A stretch of 64,000 nucleotides of DNA from an uncultured Clostridium sp. GTDB taxonomy: Bacteria > Bacillota > Clostridia > Lachnospirales > Lachnospiraceae. The DNA is taken from the NCBI GenBank assembly GCA_900549235.1, contig URNT01000011.1, forward strand, positions 4,839-68,838. Reading direction: 5' to 3'. The notes beneath the pieces were generated by a model. That model saw nothing but the letters and a program-made list of their open reading frames with translations, made no database searches and was not told the DNA's origin. Both the position numbers and the translations under genes were made by a program. Shown here in pieces: positions 29,920 through 39,711 of this stretch; the stretch's first letter is position 1, and each line of letters opens with the position of its first letter.

Positions 29920-31463
29920 CAGCGAACCTTCCGCTCCAGGATATGCCCGTTCTTCGCGGCCCCCAGGCCAAGGCCTGTGGTATTTTGAAGAACAGCCTGT
30001 CCTGCATTCAGCTTTTCCATCTCCGAGCGCTTTACCAGATATCCGGTCACCCGGATCACATCGCTGTCACTGGAATGGAAGGACAGGTAGCGCAGATCCA
30101 TCTGAAAAGCGCCCTTTATAATATCCAGCACATACTGAGGGTTGCGGTGTACCGTCATATCAATGGGGAATATATCCCCGGTTCCTGATGTGAAATATTT
30201 GTGGAAGCGCTTTAAAACCATCAGCTGGTCAATCAGCTCCTCCGGCTCTTCACCGATGGGGATGCGGGTGCCGGGAGTGATATGCTCATCCTCCGCCAGC
30301 CCCACCTGGGCATGGAGCATAAAATGACCTCCAGTGCCCTCACAGTAAGGATTTACATGGGCATTGTTGAAAGCCTGGATCTGATCCATGATCTCCACTC
30401 CCAGGTCATTGGCCCGTTCATCATGACCAAAGCGTCCGGGGATCCCCTCCTTCTCAAGAAGAAGGTTTACGCAGTCTGCCAGACCCACAAGACCGTACAT
30501 GCCTGAGAAACGGTCTCTGTAGATAAAGCCCTCCTTCGCCAGGAAGTTATTTTCAAAAAACCCGCTTTCCTCCACCTCAAACCGGATCCGCTCATCCATA
30601 TAGCGGGCCATAATATCCAGAACGTAAGGAAGCTGGCGCTCCTTAAAATCCCGGATATTTTCTGCTCTCTTTGCGATATTGCCAAGGACCAGGCGGCAGA
30701 GCGTATAGGCGCCGCCGCCGTAGAGAAGTCCGTTGTAGCAGCTGGCAATTACATAGTTCTCTGTAAGCTCGCTGCAGTACATGGCATGGTTCGCGAAGCT
30801 GGGCTTTGCGGTGCGCAGGGCGCACCGGATGGCTTCCAGAGCAAAGTCATCCTCTGTTACTCCCGCCTCATACTTCATGGTGATATTGGGAATGGCATCC
30901 TCCAGCTCCGCTTCCACCTCCAGAAGGAGGCGGCCTGCTCTGGTGGCCTTAGGGCCGATATTTGCGTGGGAGAAGGAGTCAAGCACGGTGCGGTCAATGT
31001 GTGTCATAAACAGCTTCAGAAGCTTTTTTGCCTGAGCCTCGTCCACCGTATCCATAAAGGGCTCTAAAAGCTCATCCAGCTGCCCTACATAAACCGGATA
31101 ATTGGTTACGCTGGGCACATGCTTATAAAAGATCAGCAGGCTGTTGATGGCCTCAAACAGATCCTTCGGCGGTGGAAGCTTGAGAAACTCACTGCCCTCC
31201 CGCATGAACTTGGCGTAATCCGGGATAATGTAGCGGGGACGCATAGGCGCATGGCCCTCTGCAAGATCGCAGATGCATTTGCGGTCCATGGGAACATTCA
31301 AAAGCTCATCCAGCCCTTCAGGAAGATTTAAAACCTCCATCAGGGAATCTGCCTGTCCGGCCAGATTGGTCAGCTTCTGCTCGTGGGTCAGGGCAGGGCT
31401 TTTGATAATGTTCAGTATATTTTCTCTTGTTTCATTCACACGTTCCATTGAAATATTCCGCAT
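29919..31463 (-). CDS. yjjI: YjjI family glycyl-radical enzyme (DUF3029)
   Basis: ICDLAEGHAPMRPRYIIPDY, SCYNG, C-terminal RVTGY. Confidence 0.92.
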   Translation of the reverse strand: MRNISMERVNETRENILNIIKSPALTHEQKLTNLAGQADSLMEVLNLPEGLDELLNVPMDRKCICDLAEGHAPMRPRYIIPDYAKFMREGSEFLKLPPPKDLFEAINSLLIFYKHVPSVTNYPVYVGQLDELLEPFMDTVDEAQAKKLLKLFMTHIDRTVLDSFSHANIGPKATRAGRLLLEVEAELEDAIPNITMKYEAGVTEDDFALEAIRCALRTAKPSFANHAMYCSELTENYVIASCYNGLLYGGGAYTLCRLVLGNIAKRAENIRDFKERQLPYVLDIMARYMDERIRFEVEESGFFENNFLAKEGFIYRDRFSGMYGLVGLADCVNLLLEKEGIPGRFGHDERANDLGVEIMDQIQAFNNAHVNPYCEGTGGHFMLHAQVGLAEDEHITPGTRIPIGEEPEELIDQLMVLKRFHKYFTSGTGDIFPIDMTVHRNPQYVLDIIKGAFQMDLRYLSFHSSDSDVIRVTGYLVKRSEMEKLNAGQAVLQNTTGLGLGAAKNGHILERKVR

Positions 31464-31491
31464 GTACGTTCCTCCTTCTTACTGCTTTTTA

Positions 31492-32613
31492 TCAGTCTAA
31501 CTGATAAACGTCGCCGTATGCGGCCTCAAACTCTTCCTTGCTGGCGGGAACTACGATCTCGCCGCTGATGATCTTTGCCTTTACATCCTCAACTGCAGCC
31601 TTTACATCATCTGGAAGCAGATCCTGAGAAGGAGCAATATCTACGCCGCCTGCAGACAGGTCGTAGGTATGTACGCCGCTTTCCAGGGTACCGTTAACCA
31701 GGGACTCTACTGTATCAAATACTGCGTTATCCACACGCTTCATAGCAGATGTGATCACTGTGTTAGGAGCAATGCTGGACTGATCGCTGTCTACGCCGAT
31801 GGCATATACACCTGCCTCCTGGCATGCCTCGATAACGCCAAGGCCTGTTGCGCCTGCTGCGTGGAATACGATGTCAGCGCCGTTGGTGATAGCTGTGCCC
31901 GCATTGGTCTTTCCTGTTGCAGGGTCAGAGAAGGAGTTTGCGTTAAACTGCTGGATGGTGATATTTTCATTGGCATCCAGCGCTCCTGCACAGTAGCCGT
32001 ATCCGAACAGGTTCATAGTATCATTTGTCATACCAATTACTACACCGATGTTATCGGTCTCTGTCATAAGGCCTGCTACATAGCCTACCAGATAGGAGGC
32101 CTGCTCCTGGCGGAACATCAGACAGGTTACATTGTCAAGGTCGATGGTAGCGTCATCAATGATGGCAAAGCGGCAGTCCGGATTTGCCTCGGCAGCCTGT
32201 CTGGTGGCATCTGCGAGCATATATCCAACACTGATAATCAGGTCATACTCCTCATCGATAAAGGTCTCGATATTTGGAACATAGTCCGCGTCGGTAGCAG
32301 ACTCTAAGTAATTTGCCTCAATGCCAAGCTCCTCTGAAGCTCTCTGAAGGCCTTCCCAGGCAGACTGGTTGAAGGAACCGTCATTTACTCCGCCTACATC
32401 TGTGATCAGACCCACTTTGTATTCGGAAGCGTCTTTTGCAGGAGCAGCCTCCTCACTTTCTGTGTTTTCTGCCTCTGTTTTGTCAGCTTCCTGGGCAGCT
32501 GTGGTCTGAGAGCCTGTGTCAGTTGTGCTCTCTCCGCCTGCGCACGCGGTCAGTGATGCAGCCATAGCCATTGTCAGCATAAGTGCAGCCATTCTTTTTT
32601 TCATAGTATTCAT
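31492..32613 (-). CDS. BMP-family nucleoside-binding lipoprotein
   Basis: Lipobox LTAC; GGVNDGSFNQSAWEG; IGVDSDQ; SAMKRVD. Confidence 0.92.
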   Translation of the reverse strand: MNTMKKRMAALMLTMAMAASLTACAGGESTTDTGSQTTAAQEADKTEAENTESEEAAPAKDASEYKVGLITDVGGVNDGSFNQSAWEGLQRASEELGIEANYLESATDADYVPNIETFIDEEYDLIISVGYMLADATRQAAEANPDCRFAIIDDATIDLDNVTCLMFRQEQASYLVGYVAGLMTETDNIGVVIGMTNDTMNLFGYGYCAGALDANENITIQQFNANSFSDPATGKTNAGTAITNGADIVFHAAGATGLGVIEACQEAGVYAIGVDSDQSSIAPNTVITSAMKRVDNAVFDTVESLVNGTLESGVHTYDLSAGGVDIAPSQDLLPDDVKAAVEDVKAKIISGEIVVPASKEEFEAAYGDVYQLD

Positions 32614-32637
32614 TCTCCTTTTCTCTATATATCAGGC

Positions 32638-33414
32638 TCAGGCCTGACTATCGTGTTTGATCAGCTCCCGGATAGCGCCGACGGCCACCTGGATCGCCAT
32701 ATCCGTGTCATGAACTACCGGATTTTCCAGTCCAAGCCGCTCTCTCTCCTGATTTGCCACTACCAGGAAGGCGGAGCCGGCCCTTACATGAAGGGTGCTG
32801 GCTGCGATAAATAAAGCGGCGGATTCCATCTCAGAGGCAAGGCAGCCAAGGCGCTTCCATGCCTCCCATTTATTTAGAAGCTCGTAGCTTACAGGCATCC
32901 GCTCCGGGGAGTGCTGCCCGTAAAAGGCATCCTTGCACTGCACCACGCCGGCGTGGAAGGTATGTCCCAGAGCCTTCGCGGAAGCTACAAGGGCATTGGC
33001 AACTCCCAGATCCGATACGGCGGGAAATTCGATAGGCGCGTACTCCCGGCTGGTGCCCTCCATGCGGATGGCTCCGGTAGCGATGACTACATCCCCGCTT
33101 TTGACCGGGACCTGCATCCCTCCACAGGTTCCCACCCGGATAAAGGTGTCAGCCCCGCAATTTACAAGCTCCTCCATGGCAATGGAGGCGGAGGGGCCGC
33201 CGATGCCTGTAGAGGTGACGCTTACCTTCACTCCGTCCAGATAACCGGTATAGGTTACATACTCCCGGCTGTCTGCCATCAACTGCGCCCCGTCAAAATA
33301 TCTGGCGATCTTGGCACAGCGTTTGGGATCTCCGGGAAGGATCACATAGCGTCCCACATCTCCCTTTCCTACCTGTATGTGGTACTGCTTGTTTGGGTCC
33401 TCAGAATAATTCAA
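32638..33414 (-). CDS. udp: Uridine phosphorylase
   Basis: [24 protein letters not shown]. Confidence 0.93.
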   Translation of the reverse strand: MNYSEDPNKQYHIQVGKGDVGRYVILPGDPKRCAKIARYFDGAQLMADSREYVTYTGYLDGVKVSVTSTGIGGPSASIAMEELVNCGADTFIRVGTCGGMQVPVKSGDVVIATGAIRMEGTSREYAPIEFPAVSDLGVANALVASAKALGHTFHAGVVQCKDAFYGQHSPERMPVSYELLNKWEAWKRLGCLASEMESAALFIAASTLHVRAGSAFLVVANQERERLGLENPVVHDTDMAIQVAVGAIRELIKHDSQA

Positions 33415-33429
33415 TGTATTGTCCTCCTT

Positions 33430-35250
33430 TTATAGCTGAATATCCGTCTCTGTGATTGATCTTACATTGGGTGTTCTTCCGTCCTCAGATGAAGGGATGG
33501 TAAGAGTTCCTTCCTTTAAAAGCTGCACTGCCTTCTCATGGGCTGCGGCATCCCAGGCATTGCCGGTGATCTTCCAGTTATTGTCCACATGAGGCTCAAT
33601 AACGCCGCCCTTTACCTCTGCTATATAAAGGCCAATCAGCTCACGCACGCCGCCGACCTCGCCTCTTACGTCGATCTCAAGAAGGGTTGGAAGTTCCTCT
33701 CCTTCTTCAAAGATCTCACCTGGAGAAAGAAGCTGGGAGCTGGCGCGGTAATTGTTCACCGCAATGGTAAATACATCCTCATCCTTTACAGGCGTGCCAT
33801 CGGGCCATGTAAGATTCTCAATGCGGTTTCCGGGCTTATTGGCAATATTGATCTCATAATTCACTCCGGCGAACATATCATAATTATAGGCTCTCATGTC
33901 CTCATTAAAGGAAATGGTCAGATCTCCCGGCTGATAGGTATTGAAATAGGCGGCGGTCCATTCCATATACTTCTTTAACTGGCTGCCGTTCATTTCCATT
34001 TTATAAAGGGTATTCGCATATTTGTATACCAAGGCGGTATCACACTTGCGGATGTCGCCTTCATGAAGATTGGCGTTCATATTGAACAGAGCCGCAGCGG
34101 AAACATCCGCGCCGGTGTAATAAAGCTGCACTTCATTGATCAGATCGATAAGGGCTGTATCCTGGATCTGAGCAGCGGGAATTTCCGCGATCTCATTTTC
34201 AGGAGCCAGACTTCCATTTTCAAGGGCCCCGATCACAACATTGGCATCTTCCTTGGCCTTTTCATCATAGGGCGCCAAAAGCTCCATAAATGCGGGATCC
34301 GGCTCATAGGAGGCAAGGTCAACGCTTTCTGAGGTTTTATCAGTCACATCCCAGCCGTCCTCTGTTTTTTGGAGAGACAGATGAATCTCTGCCATGGTCG
34401 CGGCGCTGTTTTTATTTTCAACTACCAGAACTCCGTTGATCTCCTCTCCCGGGATCAGCTGATGCTCATGGGATGCCACGATCACATCCAGCTCCGGGCA
34501 CGCCTCTGCCAGATCTGTTACACCGGAATTTTCCACTCCGTATTCATTTTTAATCCCCATATGGGAGACAGAGATCAGCACGTCCGTTTCATCCTGTATC
34601 TCACTTATGATCTTCTTTGTCTCCTCAACGGGATCCGTTACTGTCCAGCCCTCCAGGTTCATGGCATCCCAGCGGGTGATGTTGGGTGTTACCATACCGA
34701 TTATGCCCACTCTGACGCCATTTTTTTCAAGGATGGTATAGCCATCTGCCAGAGGCGCTCCGTCCGGATCATAAACGTTGCCTGCCAGAACCTGGGCTTC
34801 CTGCTGTCCCATTACCTTTTTTAATACGTCCATACCATAATTATACTCATGGTTGCCGGTAACCCATACATCATAGTCCAGCTCATTCATCCCAAGAACC
34901 ATGGGATGGATCTCGTCTTCCAGGAAAATGTCTGCCGAATTGTCCTGGATCGTATCTCCGGCATCAACCAGGATCGTATTCTCATCCCGACGCTCCTTAA
35001 CAGCAGATGCCAGCTGGGCCATGCTCCCTGACAGGCTTTCTTCATTCAGGGCGTAGTCCCAGGGCATGAATTTGCCGTGGAGATCACTGGTAGCCAGGAT
35101 CTGCAGATCCATGGTCTCTGCTGCCTCCTCCCTGGTTTCTTCCGTACTTGTTTCCGCTACAGGCGCTGTGGTTTCCTCTGCCTTGCCACATCCGCCAGCC
35201 ATCACTGCTGCCGCTGCTAAAACTATGAGGATTGTCTGTTTTCTTCTCAT
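33430..35250 (-). CDS. CpdB-like 2',3'-cyclic-nucleotide phosphodiesterase / nucleotidase, probable lipoprotein
   Basis: TSDLHG, DAGD, GNHE, SHEH metallophosphoesterase motifs; YKYANTL; signal peptide ending AGGC. Confidence 0.88.
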   Translation of the reverse strand: MRRKQTILIVLAAAAVMAGGCGKAEETTAPVAETSTEETREEAAETMDLQILATSDLHGKFMPWDYALNEESLSGSMAQLASAVKERRDENTILVDAGDTIQDNSADIFLEDEIHPMVLGMNELDYDVWVTGNHEYNYGMDVLKKVMGQQEAQVLAGNVYDPDGAPLADGYTILEKNGVRVGIIGMVTPNITRWDAMNLEGWTVTDPVEETKKIISEIQDETDVLISVSHMGIKNEYGVENSGVTDLAEACPELDVIVASHEHQLIPGEEINGVLVVENKNSAATMAEIHLSLQKTEDGWDVTDKTSESVDLASYEPDPAFMELLAPYDEKAKEDANVVIGALENGSLAPENEIAEIPAAQIQDTALIDLINEVQLYYTGADVSAAALFNMNANLHEGDIRKCDTALVYKYANTLYKMEMNGSQLKKYMEWTAAYFNTYQPGDLTISFNEDMRAYNYDMFAGVNYEINIANKPGNRIENLTWPDGTPVKDEDVFTIAVNNYRASSQLLSPGEIFEEGEELPTLLEIDVRGEVGGVRELIGLYIAEVKGGVIEPHVDNNWKITGNAWDAAAHEKAVQLLKEGTLTIPSSEDGRTPNVRSITETDIQL

Positions 35251-35339
35251 AAGCTTCTCCTTTAAAAAGAATCATATTAAATCAGCAGAGAAGCCTGGAT
35301 GTATCCACCTTGGCCAAGTTTAAGCGTCTCCACGTCATT

Positions 35340-36146
35340 TCACCGTTCCATTTCATTCATCCTGTCCGCAATCAGCTGCTTTAGCTGCTTATACTGGTCG
35401 TAAGTCAGGGTAATGTTCCAGCCTTCCTTTTTCACATAATCCCCAGCCTCCAGAGCCTTTATGGTTCTGGTAATAGTCCGCTCAGAAAGGCCTGTCATTT
35501 CTGCAAAATCCTTTCGGCTTATATAAAAGCTGTACTTGCCTCCCTTTGCGTAGGCTTCGTAAAAATTGATCAGCACCAGGTAGATCCGTTCGTTGCCTGG
35601 CAGCAGAACATAGAGCCGTTCCTTCCTTGCCTGCTCAAGGAGGTAGTTTACGATCTCCTTTGCCTGAAGCCGGAAGGCACTCATATCGGTTCTCAGCCAC
35701 TGCTCAAACTTGTCTCTGGAGATCTTCAGGAATACACAGCTGTCTATAGCCGCCAGGGTCGTCATATAACGGTCCATCCCTCCCAGGATCTCCATCACCC
35801 CGAACATCTCAATGGGATAAAAATGAAAAAAACCGTAAACCGCCTCCTGTACCCTGTAATCTACCGCGGATACCCTGCCTTCTAACAGAATATAAACACG
35901 GTCTGCTGCTTCTCCCTCACTGATAAAGGTATCACCTGCCGGTATACGGACCACCTGAAATTTGTCCATCAGCCACCGGGGTGCTCCTGAAAAATAAGAA
36001 AGCAGATAATTTCGTTTTTCGGCTTCCAACTTTCCGATCACTGCCGCCGTTTCATCTGTCGTATGTATCTCATCGCCCCCGTTGCCTGTCTGCTGCTGCC
36101 AATTTAGCTGTATATTGTGATTTTGTATAGTTTTTTCTCTTGACAT
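35340..36146 (-). CDS. Crp/Fnr family transcriptional regulator
   Basis: cNMP-binding-like domain plus HTH SRKDFAEMTGLSERTITR; start uncertain. Confidence 0.9.
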   Translation of the reverse strand: MSREKTIQNHNIQLNWQQQTGNGGDEIHTTDETAAVIGKLEAEKRNYLLSYFSGAPRWLMDKFQVVRIPAGDTFISEGEAADRVYILLEGRVSAVDYRVQEAVYGFFHFYPIEMFGVMEILGGMDRYMTTLAAIDSCVFLKISRDKFEQWLRTDMSAFRLQAKEIVNYLLEQARKERLYVLLPGNERIYLVLINFYEAYAKGGKYSFYISRKDFAEMTGLSERTITRTIKALEAGDYVKKEGWNITLTYDQYKQLKQLIADRMNEMER

Positions 36147-36152
36147 GTTTTT

Positions 36153-36197
36153 ATCATATCACATTTTACCTAGCAATAAAAGGACATATGGCATTTT
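36153..36197 (-). promoter_or_regulatory. Extended -10 promoter with a palindrome at about -41.5
   Basis: TGnTATGAT at 36161-36153; AAAAGGACAT/ATGGCATTTT palindrome (8/10 pairs) at 36178-36197. Confidence 0.55.
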
Positions 36198-36372
36198 TAA
36201 GAATCTTTTTCCTTTTGAGAAAATGGTTTTTCTTTAGCAGGGGGTTGTATTGTTTTATGGTGATGGGAGTTTAGCAGAATTTCATCAAAACATCAAAAAA
36301 AGAACCTCATATGAGATCCTTTTTATCTGCCATTTTTGAATTTTCTTAAATCAATACGAACTGTCTCAGAAA

Positions 36373-36445
36373 AGCCACTGGCCGGACTCGAACCGGCGAC
36401 CCACGCATTACGAATGCGTTGCGCTACCAACTGCGCTACAATGGC
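36373..36445 (-). tRNA. tRNA-Thr(CGT)
   Basis: Cloverleaf; ACGCA-TTCGTAA-TGCGT anticodon arm. Confidence 0.96.
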
Positions 36446-36497
36446 ACCTTTATGATGAAACAAGGCCGCTGCATACGCAGCAGCCTCATAACACCTA

Positions 36498-36569
36498 TGA
36501 CCTGACCGGGAATCGAACCCGGGTTTACGCCGTGAGAGGGCGTCGTCTTAGCCGCTTGACCATCAGGCC
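36498..36569 (-). tRNA. tRNA-Glu(CTC)
   Basis: Cloverleaf; ACGCC-CTCTCAC-GGCGT anticodon arm. Confidence 0.96.
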
Positions 36570-36577
36570 GGAAGAAA

Positions 36578-36651
36578 TCGAGGCGACGTGATTCGAACAC
36601 GCGGCCTCTGCGTCCCGAACGCAGCGCTCTACCAAACTGAGCCACGCCTCG
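36578..36651 (-). tRNA. tRNA-Pro(CGG)
   Basis: Cloverleaf; CTGCG-TTCGGGA-CGCAG anticodon arm. Confidence 0.96.
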
Positions 36652-36662
36652 ATTACTTCGAT

Positions 36663-36691
36663 AGTATAATACATAATTTCTGGATTGTCAA
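36663..36691 (-). promoter_or_regulatory. tRNA operon promoter
   Basis: TTGACA-17 bp-TATACT. Confidence 0.75.
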
Positions 36692-36729
36692 CCACAAATT
36701 GTCAAAGTTTTTAAAAAAATTTGAACAGC

Positions 36730-36924
36730 TTATACCTCTACAGCTGAAAAGCCCAGATCATCCAGAATTTCCACTGCTGCCGCCTCACAGCTGGAACAGC
36801 CATCGATAGTTACGGTCTTGGTTTCCAGATCAACGATATTTTTAATATCGGCTCCGTCCAGAGCCTTTTTGATGCGGTTTACGCATCCCTCACACATTAT
36901 TTCTTCGCATTTGAATGTTTTCAT
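36730..36924 (-). CDS. copZ: Copper chaperone (HMA domain)
   Basis: MCEGC motif; ATG 36924 after AAGGAG. Confidence 0.85.
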   Translation of the reverse strand: MKTFKCEEIMCEGCVNRIKKALDGADIKNIVDLETKTVTIDGCSSCEAAAVEILDDLGFSAVEV

Positions 36925-36956
36925 ATGATTATTCTCCTTTTCATTCTGGCATATGC

Positions 36957-37265
36957 CTATTTCATCATCTTCTGCAGCGTCCGGCACAGCTCTTCTACTG
37001 TGGCGTCGCTGTCTCCTGTGCGGATGTCATTTACCACACAGGTCTTAATATGGCGCTCTAAAAGCGCCTTGTTAAAGCTGTTGAGTGCTGCCTGGACAGC
37101 CGCCACCTGGGTGATGATGTCAACGCAGTATCTCTCGTCTTCCACCATGGCCTTGATGCCACGGATCTGTCCCTCGATCCGGTTTAAGCGGTTCATCAGG
37201 CTCTTTTCCTCTGAGGGCTCACGATGCTTACGGCGGCAGGCGCACGCCTCTGTCTTTTCTTCCAT
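36957..37265 (-). CDS. csoR: CsoR family metal-sensing repressor
   Basis: RLNRIEGQIRGI...YC...HIKTC. Confidence 0.93.
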   Translation of the reverse strand: MEEKTEACACRRKHREPSEEKSLMNRLNRIEGQIRGIKAMVEDERYCVDIITQVAAVQAALNSFNKALLERHIKTCVVNDIRTGDSDATVEELCRTLQKMMK

Positions 37266-37286
37266 ACAGGCCTCCTTCCGGAAGTA

Positions 37287-39551
37287 TTAAAGCTTCAGCC
37301 TCCTGAGCCTTAAGGCATTGCCTACCACACACACAGAGCTTAAAGACATGGCGAAGCCTCCAAGCATGGGGCTTAACAGAGGTCCGCCTAAGAGGTATAA
37401 AAGTCCAGCGGCTACCGGGATCCCCAGTGAGTTGTAGAAAAAGGCCCAAAACAGGTTCTGCTTGATATTGCGGATGGTAGCCTTGCTGAGCTTGATGGCC
37501 CGGTACACATCCATAAGATCGGATTTCATCAGCACCACATCTCCTGACTCCAGAGCGATGTCGCTGCCGTTTCCAATGGCGCAGCCTACATCCGCCTGTA
37601 CCAGGGCCGGCGCGTCATTAATCCCATCTCCTACCATCATAACGGTTTTTCCCTGACTCTGCAAGTCCTTTACAACTGCCGCCTTATCTTCCGGCAGCAC
37701 CTCGGCGATCACCTCATCCACATGGGCCAGGGAACCGATATAGCGGGCTGTTTTTTCATTATCTCCGGTTACCATATAGACCCTTACTCCCAGGCTGCGG
37801 ATCTGCTCCACTGCCTGGATGCTGGTGTCCTTGATGGTATCAGCTACGCAGATCAGGCCGGCCAGACGGCCGTCGATGCTGACATACATAGGAGTTTTCC
37901 CCTCATCTGCGCAAACAGAGGCCCGGGCCGTAAGCTCCTTACCTGCCTCCAGCTTAAGGGCATCCAGAAGGCGCCTGTTTCCAACTGCCACCTTCCGGCC
38001 CTTAAGGGTGGTAAGGATCCCGGCTCCTGTAATACTTTCAAAGGACTCCGGCATATTTAAAGGAAGCCCCTTTTCCTTCGCGGCCAGGACGATGGCCTGG
38101 CCCAGAGGATGCTCTGACATCTGTTCGCAGGAAGCGGCCGCTAAAAGGAGCTCATCCGGCGTCAGCTCCCCGCTTTCAGAAATAATATCTGTGACCCTCG
38201 GCTTTCCTTCTGTAATGGTTCCTGTTTTATCGAGGATCACCGCGTCCACCTTATGGCAGATCTCCAGGGCTTCTCCGCTTTTGATCAGGATCCCATGACC
38301 GGCTCCCACACCGGTTCCTACCATAATAGCGGTAGGCGTGGCAAGTCCCAGTGCACAGGGGCAGGCGATCACAAGAACAGCTACAAAGATCGTCAGTACA
38401 AAGGCCAGATCCTTCCCGCCTGCCAGCAACCACAGCAGGGCTGCCACAATGGCAATGCCCATAACCGCAGGAACGAAATAGCCTGCAACCTTGTCTGCCA
38501 GCTTGGAAATGGGAGCCTTCTTTCCCTGGGCATCCTCGATCATGCGGATGATCTTTGAAAGGGTGGTATCGTTTCCTGTGTGGGTAACTTCTACCTCCAT
38601 GGCTCCGTTGTAATTCATGCTTCCGCCGATCACCGGATCGCCTGGCTGTTTTTCCACCGGGATACTCTCTCCTGTGAGCATGGACTCGTCCACACTGCTG
38701 CTTCCATTTACAAGGATACCGTCCAATGGGATCCGGCTGCCTGGCTTTATAAGGATGTGCTGTCCCTTCTTTACAAAGGCAGTTTCTACCTCCTGTTCGG
38801 AACCATTTTCATAAAGAATGGCTGTGTCGGGAGCCAGTTCCATCAGCTTGCGGATGGCCTCTGATGTCTTTCCCTTGCTCCGGCTTTCCATAAATTTACC
38901 AAGCATCACCAGGGTTACCACCACAGCCGCGGACTCATAATAAAGCTGATGAGCTTTCATAGGATCGGAAGGGATGCCAAGGGTCATGACAAGGCTGTAG
39001 ATAAAGGCACTGCCGGTACCGATGGCCACCAGGGAGTCCATATTGGGATTTCCCTTTAAAAGAGCCCGGATTCCTACCAGATAAAACTTCCGCCCGCAGA
39101 TCAGCACAGGTATGGTAAGGATCAGCTGGGCCAGAGCAAAGTTTAAGGGGTTAGCTTCCATGGAAAGAAGCTCTGGCAGAGGAAGGGAGACAGGGATCAT
39201 ATGACCCATGGAAATATATAAAAGGGGAACCGCAAAGCAGATGGCGGTGAGCACTCTCCGCCTTACAGCCTGAAGCTGCTCCTCCTGCTGCTGCCATTCT
39301 TCCTCTTCTTTTTTGCGGTTCTGCTCCTCTTCCACGATCAGGGAAGCACTAAAGCCTGCCCTCGATACCTTCTGGCAGATCAGCTCCGGCGTCACCTGGT
39401 CCTCATCATAGGTGATCACCATACGGCTGGTGGTCAGGTTCACATCACTGCTCTCCACTCCCGGCAGCTTGCGGGTGACACGCTCTACCGCGCTGCTGCA
39501 GGCGGCGCAGGACATACCGTCTATGTGGTACTGCTGTGTTATCATGTTCAT
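37287..39551 (-). CDS. copA: Copper-translocating P1B-type ATPase
   Basis: GMSCAAC, TGES, CPCALG, DKTGT, GDGIND, YN. Confidence 0.95.
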   Translation of the reverse strand: MNMITQQYHIDGMSCAACSSAVERVTRKLPGVESSDVNLTTSRMVITYDEDQVTPELICQKVSRAGFSASLIVEEEQNRKKEEEEWQQQEEQLQAVRRRVLTAICFAVPLLYISMGHMIPVSLPLPELLSMEANPLNFALAQLILTIPVLICGRKFYLVGIRALLKGNPNMDSLVAIGTGSAFIYSLVMTLGIPSDPMKAHQLYYESAAVVVTLVMLGKFMESRSKGKTSEAIRKLMELAPDTAILYENGSEQEVETAFVKKGQHILIKPGSRIPLDGILVNGSSSVDESMLTGESIPVEKQPGDPVIGGSMNYNGAMEVEVTHTGNDTTLSKIIRMIEDAQGKKAPISKLADKVAGYFVPAVMGIAIVAALLWLLAGGKDLAFVLTIFVAVLVIACPCALGLATPTAIMVGTGVGAGHGILIKSGEALEICHKVDAVILDKTGTITEGKPRVTDIISESGELTPDELLLAAASCEQMSEHPLGQAIVLAAKEKGLPLNMPESFESITGAGILTTLKGRKVAVGNRRLLDALKLEAGKELTARASVCADEGKTPMYVSIDGRLAGLICVADTIKDTSIQAVEQIRSLGVRVYMVTGDNEKTARYIGSLAHVDEVIAEVLPEDKAAVVKDLQSQGKTVMMVGDGINDAPALVQADVGCAIGNGSDIALESGDVVLMKSDLMDVYRAIKLSKATIRNIKQNLFWAFFYNSLGIPVAAGLLYLLGGPLLSPMLGGFAMSLSSVCVVGNALRLRRLKL

Positions 39552-39562
39552 CTCTCCTTTCG

Positions 39563-39581
39563 TATACCCCAGTGGGGTATA
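39563..39581. promoter_or_regulatory. CsoR operator
   Basis: TATACCCC-AGT-GGGGTATA inverted repeat just downstream of the -10 box. Confidence 0.85.
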
Positions 39582-39586
39582 TTGTG

Positions 39587-39615
39587 ATTATAGTACCATT
39601 GAGAGAGCTTGTCAA
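39587..39615 (-). promoter_or_regulatory. copA promoter
   Basis: Consensus TTGACA-17 bp-TATAAT. Confidence 0.85.
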
Positions 39616-39711
39616 GGGAGGAAAGAAAAAAACAGAGCCTGTATCGAAAGACGGAATCAATCCGCAGAAGATACACAGCTCTGTTTTTCAGATCCTGTAT
39701 TTTTATGTCTG

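Noticed and set aside
36436..36645. 69-aa ORF (and the 19636-19848 ORF)
   Set aside because: They overlap tRNA genes
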